NCBI GenBank assembly: GCA_019347595.1
Contig: JAHWLA010000004.1
Span: 1 to 32,451, forward strand
DNA from: Actinomycetota bacterium
GTDB taxonomy: Bacteria; Actinomycetota; Acidimicrobiia; Acidimicrobiales; JAHWLA01
Direction of reading: 5' to 3'
DNA: 32,451 bases
Positions 26,094 to 32,451 of this stretch are shown in pieces (positions within the stretch are counted from its first letter, which is position 1; each line of letters begins with the position of its first letter). Made by a program: the position numbers and the translations under genes. The notes under the pieces were generated by a model. The model saw only the letters and a program-made list of their open reading frames with translations. It was not told where the DNA came from and did no database searches.

Positions 26094-27977
26094 TCAGCGT
26101 GGGAGCGCGCTGACGAAACGGGCGGCGATGGGCGCCGCCTCCCTGCCGCCGACGCCGCCGCCCTCGACGAGCACGGCGAAGGCGATGGTGCCCGAGAAGC
26201 CCGCGAACCAGGCATGCGTCTTCGGGGGCACGTCCGTGCCGAATTCCGCCGTTCCCGTCTTGCCCGCCACCTCACGCCCGGCGACCGCAGCCGCCGTTGC
26301 CGTGCCCGCGGTGACCACCTCGCGCATGAGCGCGCGCAGCGCGTCGACGATCGGAGGGGCGAGCGTCTCCGTGGTGGCCGGCTCCGCGTCCCCCGCGAGC
26401 AGCGACGGCGCTCGCCATCGCCCTCCGGCTGCGGCTGCGGCGACGCTTGCCATGAGCAACGGACTCGCCGTCACGCGCCCCTGACCGATGGCGGCTGCGG
26501 CCCGTTCGGCGTCGTCACGAGGGTCGGGAAAGGCGCCGCCCGCCACGGGGAGCGGCAAATCCAGCTCGGCCTCGAAGCCGAACCGGCGTGCCGCGTCCGC
26601 CAGCGCACCGTCGGGCAGACGGGCGGCCACTTGGACGAAAACGGTGTTGCAGGAGTGGGCGAAGGCGGTGCGGAACGCGATATCCCCCGCCGACTCACCT
26701 TCGAAGTTGCGGAAGGGCTTGCCGCCGACGGTCACCTGCGGCGGGCAGGACACCGGCGTGGCGGGCGTCATTCCGTTGGCCAGGAGGGCGGCCGTCGTGA
26801 CGATCTTGAACGTCGAACCCGGCGGGTAGCGGCCCGCGAGCGCCCGGTTGAAGGCGTGGTCCAGGGGTCTGCTGGCGACCGCCCGCACCTCGCCCGTTCC
26901 CACGTCCACGGCAACGAGGGCGGCGGGCAGGGTGACGCCGTCGAGGGCCGCGTCGGCCGCCGTCTGCACGGCGCGCTCGAGCGTCGTCGTCACCGGCGTG
27001 CCCGGCACGCCGTCGAACTGCGTCAGCGTGGCCACCAGCTCGTTGCTGCCGTCGGCCTCGATGCGCACCTCGCCCGACGGCTGTCCGGCCAGTTCCCGCT
27101 CACGAGTGGCTTCCAGCCCGCTGAGGCCCACCTCGTCGCCCACCACGTACGGCTCGCCCAGCTCCTTCAGGCGTTCGGCCGTGATCTCGCCGACCCGCCC
27201 CACGGTGTGGCGGGCGAACGCCGCCGACGGCGTGAGCCGGGCCGTTTTTCGTCGGAAGACCAGCCCGGGCACCGGTTGGAGGTCGCCCCGCACGGCGGCA
27301 TAGCGCTCTTCTCGGAGATCGATCACGGGCACGAATACGTCGGGCCGCAGGCCCGGTCGGTCGAGGAGAGCGTGCACCCGAGCGGGGTCCACGCCTACGT
27401 GTTGCTGGAGCGCGGCCGTCACGTGGGACCGGTCACGGACGCGGCGGGGCTCGATGCCCACCGACACCACCTGTCCCACGGCGGTGATCGGGCTGCTGTC
27501 GGCGGCGAGGATCGGCGCCCGTTCGGGCCACTGCCTGGTGCGCGAGAAATGCATGCCTGCCCCCAGTTGCGGGTGGAGCGTGGCGCGGGCCCAGCGCACC
27601 AGCCAGTCGCCGTCGCGACGGACGAGATCGAAGGAGCCCTCGTACTCCCACGTCCCGAGCCCGCGAAGGCGGAGCTCGGCCGTGAATGCAGCCGTGGCCG
27701 CGTCGCCTTCCCGGCGCACCGTGCCGCGGCGGAACCTCCGCGTCGCCACCTGGAGGTCTCGCGTCATCGCCTCGTGCGTGTCCGCGAACTCGGCGGGCGG
27801 GTCGGCCACCAGCGCCCGCATCTCCACCCACTCGCCGCGAGCCCATCGGTCGAGGTAGGCGCGAACGGCGTCCTCGGGGCCGTTCGAGGAACGAGCGCGC
27901 ACGACGACGAAGGCGCCCACCCCTACGACCAGCACCGCAACCGTGATGGCTGCCGCCGTGACCCACGTCCGTCGCAT
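26094..27977 (-). CDS. Class B penicillin-binding transpeptidase with NTF2-like (MecA_N-type) domain
   Basis: N-terminal TM, RAPILAAD, SxxK (GSTFK), SxN (HSCN), KTG (GKTGT). Confidence 0.9.
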   Translation of the reverse strand: MRRTWVTAAAITVAVLVVGVGAFVVVRARSSNGPEDAVRAYLDRWARGEWVEMRALVADPPAEFADTHEAMTRDLQVATRRFRRGTVRREGDAATAAFTAELRLRGLGTWEYEGSFDLVRRDGDWLVRWARATLHPQLGAGMHFSRTRQWPERAPILAADSSPITAVGQVVSVGIEPRRVRDRSHVTAALQQHVGVDPARVHALLDRPGLRPDVFVPVIDLREERYAAVRGDLQPVPGLVFRRKTARLTPSAAFARHTVGRVGEITAERLKELGEPYVVGDEVGLSGLEATRERELAGQPSGEVRIEADGSNELVATLTQFDGVPGTPVTTTLERAVQTAADAALDGVTLPAALVAVDVGTGEVRAVASRPLDHAFNRALAGRYPPGSTFKIVTTAALLANGMTPATPVSCPPQVTVGGKPFRNFEGESAGDIAFRTAFAHSCNTVFVQVAARLPDGALADAARRFGFEAELDLPLPVAGGAFPDPRDDAERAAAAIGQGRVTASPLLMASVAAAAAGGRWRAPSLLAGDAEPATTETLAPPIVDALRALMREVVTAGTATAAAVAGREVAGKTGTAEFGTDVPPKTHAWFAGFSGTIAFAVLVEGGGVGGREAAPIAARFVSALPR

Positions 27978-27984
27978 GTCGCCC

Positions 27985-28006
27985 ATTCTGCACGGGGGGT
28001 GTGACA
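27985..28006 (-). promoter_or_regulatory. Putative PafBC-type leaderless promoter of the PBP gene
   Basis: Minus strand TGTCAC-N10-CAGAAT, 7 nt before ATG. Confidence 0.55.
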
Positions 28007-28037
28007 GTGAAGCGATCCGCGAATTGAGCGGTGTCAT

Positions 28038-28059
28038 TGTCACACCCCCTCGCTAAGGT
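28038..28059 (+). promoter_or_regulatory. Putative PafBC-type promoter of comM-dprA
   Basis: TGTCAC-N10-TAAGGT. Confidence 0.6.
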
Positions 28060-28139
28060 GATCGACGTCGCTTCGGCGATCCGTTCCTGCGGCCGGCGTC
28101 CAGGCCCTGCTCCAGCAAGAAACCCTCTTGGAGCATGCC

Positions 28140-29654
28140 GTGATCGCCACCATTCCGTCTGCCACCCTGCTCGGCGTCGAGGGCTACCCGGTCGCCGTCG
28201 AAGCCCACGTCTCCACCGGCCTGCCCGGCTTCCACGTGGTCGGGTTGCCTGACGCCGCCTGCCGCGAGTCCCGCGATCGCGTGCGCGCCGCGCTGCTCTC
28301 GAGCAACCTGCCGTGGCCGCTGCGGCGGGTCACCGTGAACCTGGCGCCCTCGGGGATGCGCAAGACCGGCGCCGGGCTCGATCTCCCCATTGCCATCGCG
28401 CTGCTGGCGGCGGCGGGGGAGTTGCCCATCGAGGCGTTGACGGGAATCGCCTGCATCGGCGAGCTCGGCCTGGACGGGTCGGTGCGCCCGGTGCCCGGCA
28501 TCCTGCCGCTCGTCGACGCGGTCGACGTCCCCATCGTCGTCGTCCCCGAGTCCTGTCGCCGGGAGGCGGCGCTCGTCGGCCGCCACGACGTGCGCGCCGT
28601 CGCCACCCTGTCGGTGGTTGTCGACGCCTTGCGCGGCGACGGGCCGTGGCCCGACGCGTCGACAGCCGAGGACGACCCCGACCCACCGTCCGACCCGCCG
28701 CCCGACCTGGCCGAGGTGCGAGGCCAGCGCGTGGGCCGATGGGCGCTCGAGGTGGCGGCGGCCGGCGGCCACCACCTGCTCATGACCGGGCCGCCGGGCG
28801 CGGGCAAGACGCTGCTGGCCCAGCGCCTGCCCGGCATCCTGCCGCCGCTGACGCGCGAGCAGGCGCTGGAGACGACGCGCGTGCACTCGGCAGCCGGCGT
28901 GCCGCTACCGCCCCGCGGAATGGTCGAGCGCCCGCCGTTCCGGGCGCCGCACCACAGCGCCTCGGCCGTTTCGCTCGTCGGCGGCGGGACGGCCGTCATG
29001 CGGCCCGGCGAGAGGTCGTGCGCCACCAACGGCGTGCTCTTCCTCGACGAGCTGGGCGAGTTCCACGCGGGCGTCCTCGACATGCTTCGCCAGCCGCTCG
29101 AGGAAGGCGTCGTCCGGGTGTCGCGGGCCCGGGCGACGGTCACCTTCCCGGCGCGGTTCCTGCTTGTCGCCGCCATGAACCCGTGTCCGTGCGGACGCGC
29201 CGGGCCTCCTGGTGCGTGCCGGTGCAGCGAGACCGAACGCGCTCGTTACGCGCGGCGTGTGTCCGGGCCGTTGCTCGACCGATTCGACCTGCGCGTCGCC
29301 GTCACGTGGGCCGATCCCGAGGAACTCCTCGGCGCCGCCCCCGCCGAGTCGTCCGCCGACGTGGCGGCGCGGGTCGCATCGGTACGCGTCATGGCGGCGG
29401 CTCGCGGCGTGCGGGTGAACGCCGCCATCCCCGCCGAGCGGCTCGACGAGGTGGCGCCCGTGACGAAGCCCGCGTGGGACGTGCTCGACCGCCGGCTGCG
29501 GTCGGGGGCGCTCACGGCCCGCGGGCTGCATCGGGTACGCCGGGTGGCCCGCACGCTGGCCGACCTCGACGGGTGCGAGACCCTCGACGAGGAGCACGTG
29601 TGCGCGGCCATGGCGCTGCGTGTCGACCACGCCGATCTCGGGCTGGCGTCGTGA
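28140..29654 (+). CDS. comM: YifB/ComM Mg-chelatase-like AAA+ ATPase
   Basis: VGLPDAACRESRDRVRAAL, GPPGAGKT, PFRAPHHSAS, GVLFLDE, AAMNPCPCG, SGPLLDRFD. Confidence 0.93.
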   Translation: MIATIPSATLLGVEGYPVAVEAHVSTGLPGFHVVGLPDAACRESRDRVRAALLSSNLPWPLRRVTVNLAPSGMRKTGAGLDLPIAIALLAAAGELPIEALTGIACIGELGLDGSVRPVPGILPLVDAVDVPIVVVPESCRREAALVGRHDVRAVATLSVVVDALRGDGPWPDASTAEDDPDPPSDPPPDLAEVRGQRVGRWALEVAAAGGHHLLMTGPPGAGKTLLAQRLPGILPPLTREQALETTRVHSAAGVPLPPRGMVERPPFRAPHHSASAVSLVGGGTAVMRPGERSCATNGVLFLDELGEFHAGVLDMLRQPLEEGVVRVSRARATVTFPARFLLVAAMNPCPCGRAGPPGACRCSETERARYARRVSGPLLDRFDLRVAVTWADPEELLGAAPAESSADVAARVASVRVMAAARGVRVNAAIPAERLDEVAPVTKPAWDVLDRRLRSGALTARGLHRVRRVARTLADLDGCETLDEEHVCAAMALRVDHADLGLAS

Positions 29655-30721
29655 GCGGCGACGGCTGTGCGGCGGCGCTGGCGGGGTTGCCGGGCATGGC
29701 GCCGTTTCGCCTGCGTGACTTGCTCGCCGACCGGTCGCCGGCGCAGGCGTGGGCCGCGGTGCGCGAGGGTGAGGAGGGCGCCGAGTGGCAGAAGGTGGCC
29801 GCGGGGGTCGAGGTCGAGGCGGTTGCCGAGGCCCATACGGCGGCCGGTGTCGGCGTGCACGTCCTGGGCTCGCCGGAGTACCCGACGGCGTTGGCGGACG
29901 ACGCGGAGGCGCCCGCCGTCCTGTTCAGCGTGGGCGACCTCGATGCTGTTCGTCGTCCGCTTGTCGGGGTGGTGGGCACCAGACGGTGCACCCACGCCGG
30001 TCGTCAGACGGCCCGTACGTTCGGCGTCGACCTGGCTTGTGCCGGCGTTGCGGTCGTCTCCGGTCTGGCGCTCGGCATTGACGGCGCCGCCCACGCGGGC
30101 GCCCTGGAGGCCGCCGACGCCGGTGGGCGGCCGCCGGTCGCAGTCGTCGGGAGCGGCCTCGACGTCGTCTACCCCCGCCGCCACGCGCGGCTGTGGGAAC
30201 GAGTAGCCGAGATCGGCTGCCTCCTGTCGGAGTGGCCGTTGGGCGTCCGCCCCGAGCGGTGGCACTTCCCGGCCCGCAATCGCATCATCGCTGCCCTTGT
30301 CGACGTGCTTGTAGTCGTCGAGTCGCATGCCGCGGGCGGGTCGATGCACACGGTGGAGGCGGCCGATGCGCGCGGACGGACCGTGCTCGCCGTGCCCGGT
30401 CCCGTGCGCAGCCCGGCCAGCGAGGGCACCAACCGCCTTCTCCACGACGGCCACGGGCCTGCCCGTGACGCCGCCGACGTGCTGACCGCGCTCGGTCTGG
30501 CCCGGCCGCTGCCGCCGCGACGGCGGCTGCGCGCCGTGCCCGACGGCACCGACGGGGCCGTGCTCGACGCCGTCGACTGGGAGCCCACCAGCTTCGAGCA
30601 GATCGTGGCCCGCACGGGTCTCGGGCTGGGCCCCGTCTCGGCCGCGTTGGCCCGTCTCGAGCACGATTCGTGGGTGGCCGGTGACGCCGGGTGGTGGGAA
30701 CGCGTTGGAATGGGCGAGTAG
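29651..30721 (+). CDS. dprA: DNA-processing protein DprA
   Basis: [35 protein letters not shown]-terminal winged helix. Confidence 0.94.
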   Translation: MSGDGCAAALAGLPGMAPFRLRDLLADRSPAQAWAAVREGEEGAEWQKVAAGVEVEAVAEAHTAAGVGVHVLGSPEYPTALADDAEAPAVLFSVGDLDAVRRPLVGVVGTRRCTHAGRQTARTFGVDLACAGVAVVSGLALGIDGAAHAGALEAADAGGRPPVAVVGSGLDVVYPRRHARLWERVAEIGCLLSEWPLGVRPERWHFPARNRIIAALVDVLVVVESHAAGGSMHTVEAADARGRTVLAVPGPVRSPASEGTNRLLHDGHGPARDAADVLTALGLARPLPPRRRLRAVPDGTDGAVLDAVDWEPTSFEQIVARTGLGLGPVSAALARLEHDSWVAGDAGWWERVGMGE

Positions 30722-30773
30722 TTGTCTACACTCGGTGCAAGCGGGTGCCCCTATTGCCGGGCCGAGGATAGGC

Positions 30774-31556
30774 GTGGACGAAGAGGACCTCAGGGCGATC
30801 GATCAGCTGTGGGCCGACTACAAGGCCAGCGGCTCGCGCGAGGCGAGAGACCGCTTGATCGTCCACTACTCGCCGCTGGTCAAGTACGTAGCGGGCCGCG
30901 TATCGGTCGGATTGCCCCAGAATATCGAGCAGGCCGACCTCGTCAGCTACGGCATCTTCGGGCTGATCGACGCCATCGACAAGTTCGACCCGGCGCGTGC
31001 CATCAAGTTCGAGACGTATGCCATCGCCCGCATCAAGGGCGCCATCATCGACGAGCTGCGCTCCATCGACTGGGTGCCCCGTTCCGTCCGAGCCAAGGCC
31101 CGGGCGGTGGAGAAGGCCTACGCCAAGCTCGAAGCAGGCTTGCTGCGCACGCCGACCGACGCCGAGGTCGCCACCGAGATGGGCATCAGCGAGCAGGACC
31201 TCCACAACGTCTTCAACCAGATCTCCTTTGTCGGCCTAATTGCCCTCGACGAGATGCTCTCGGTCGGCGGCGACCGGGGCGAATCGACCACGTTGGGCGA
31301 CACCATCCCCGACAAGGGCGAGGGGCCGGTGGCGGCCTTCGAGGTCGAGGAGATGAAGCAAATCCTCGCCTCGGCCATCAACCGCTTGGGCGACCGCGAG
31401 AAGATCGTCCTCACCCTCTATTACTACGAGGGCCTCACCTTGGCCGAGATCGGCGAAGTGCTCGGCGTGACCGAGAGCCGCGTCTGCCAGATCCACACCA
31501 AGGCCGTGCTCCAGCTCCGCTCGAAGATGGCAGAGCCCGAGCGCGAGCCCGCCTGA
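30774..31556 (+). CDS. whiG: FliA/WhiG-family sigma factor
   Basis: [50 protein letters not shown]; follows dprA as in Streptomyces; GAGGA RBS. Confidence 0.88.
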   Translation: MDEEDLRAIDQLWADYKASGSREARDRLIVHYSPLVKYVAGRVSVGLPQNIEQADLVSYGIFGLIDAIDKFDPARAIKFETYAIARIKGAIIDELRSIDWVPRSVRAKARAVEKAYAKLEAGLLRTPTDAEVATEMGISEQDLHNVFNQISFVGLIALDEMLSVGGDRGESTTLGDTIPDKGEGPVAAFEVEEMKQILASAINRLGDREKIVLTLYYYEGLTLAEIGEVLGVTESRVCQIHTKAVLQLRSKMAEPEREPA

Positions 31557-31623
31557 CCGCCCGCCGCACGCCGGCCCACCACTTCCCCCTCGTCCCCCGC
31601 ACGCCATGCCCGAGGGGAGGCAG

Positions 31624-32139
31624 ATGTCCTCGCTCGCCGTCTGTTCCGCTGCGGTCTGCCTGTTGGCGGCCGCCCTGGCGACCACCGTCGCCCCGGCCCG
31701 CACCCGGCAGGCCGATGTCACCTACATGGCGCCCGTCGATGCCGAGGTCGTCGACCCCTTCCGCGCACCTGCCACGCGCTACGGCGCAGGCAACCGCGGT
31801 GTCGACTACGCCACCACGCCGGGCATCGCCGTGCGGGCCGCGGCGGCCGGGGTGGTCGTGTTCGCCGGCCGCGTGGCGGGGTCGGTGCACGTCACCGTCC
31901 GCCACCCCGACGGGATCCGGACGACGTACGCCTTCCTGGAGTCCGCATCGGTCGCCCGCGGGCGGCGGGTGGCGGCGGGCGACGAGGTGGGTCGCGCCGG
32001 GGCGTCGTTGCACTGGAGCGCACGGGCGGGCGCCGCCTACCTCGACCCGCTGGCGCTGCTCGCCCCCGCCCGGGGGTGGGGCCGGGCCCGGCTGGTCCCC
32101 GACGACGGCGACGTCACGCCACGGCATCGAGGAGCCTGA
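31624..32139 (+). CDS. M23/LytM-domain exported protein (degenerate active site)
   Basis: Signal peptide; [35 protein letters not shown]; upstream of rpsB. Confidence 0.82.
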   Translation: MSSLAVCSAAVCLLAAALATTVAPARTRQADVTYMAPVDAEVVDPFRAPATRYGAGNRGVDYATTPGIAVRAAAAGVVVFAGRVAGSVHVTVRHPDGIRTTYAFLESASVARGRRVAAGDEVGRAGASLHWSARAGAAYLDPLALLAPARGWGRARLVPDDGDVTPRHRGA

Positions 32140-32175
32140 CCCGCCGCGCTTGGGGCGCGGCGACAGCCCGCGGAT

Positions 32176-32321
32176 ACACTGGTCCGTCGGCTCGCTCGCC
32201 CTTGGTGGCTCGCGCCGCCGGCATCAACCGTTCACCGACCTTGCACCCGGCTGCACCCACGGTCGTCGCTCACCGCGAGCGGCGCGGCAGCCGGGTCTCA
32301 CAACCGATGGGAGACACGACG
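32176..32321 (+). promoter_or_regulatory. rpsB -10 element and ~135-nt leader
   Basis: TACACT at 32176-32181; GGGAG RBS before ATG. Confidence 0.5.
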
Positions 32322-32451
32322 ATGGCTGTCGTCACGATGAAGCAACTGCTGGAGGCCGGCGTCCACTTCGGCCACCAGACCCGGCGCTGGAACCCCAAGA
32401 TGAAGCGGTTCATCTTCGGTGAGCGCAACGGCATCTACATCATCGACCTGC
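32322..32451 (+). CDS. rpsB: 30S ribosomal protein S2 (3' truncated by window)
   Basis: Manual translation [43 protein letters not shown]. Confidence 0.97.
   Translation, partial: MAVVTMKQLLEAGVHFGHQTRRWNPKMKRFIFGERNGIYIIDL

Noticed and set aside
28313-30721. 802-aa extended DprA or comM-dprA fusion
   Set aside because: The upstream part is an off-frame read of comM; dprA starts at the GTGA overlap at 29651
24612-30721. yraN-comM-dprA as a novel defence or uptake system
   Set aside because: Widely conserved, known gene cluster
32182-32321. Named riboswitch or ncRNA in the rpsB leader
   Set aside because: An autoregulatory leader is plausible, but I cannot match a defined motif by eye; needs an Rfam/covariance search

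Overview
High-GC actinobacterial core-genome window, probably Acidimicrobiia. That placement is inferred from the rpmF-plsX-acpP-rnc-mutM-smc-ftsY order together with DUF2469, SepIVA-like and WhiG-like genes. Contents: glutamate-type ABC genes, an esterase, the TIGR02587/02588 pair, rsmD/coaD, the rpmF-smc-ftsY-ffh-rpsP-rimM-trmD-rplS-lepB backbone, yraN, comM-dprA-whiG, an M23 protein and the start of rpsB, with several small insertions. I see no transposase, integrase, CRISPR array or RNA gene, and no convincing new multi-gene system. The best leads are non-coding or tiny: (1) three copies of a TGTCACACCCCC...(T/C)ANNNT promoter with PafBC/RecA-NDp geometry, before ftsY, a MecA-like PBP and comM-dprA; (2) a family of ~50-bp intergenic palindromes with compensatory changes; (3) an 87-bp tandem repeat with a fragment before plsX; (4) small ORFs missed by the ORF track; (5) pervasive leaderless and bidirectional promoters. 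All family assignments are from motif recognition and synteny, not database searches.
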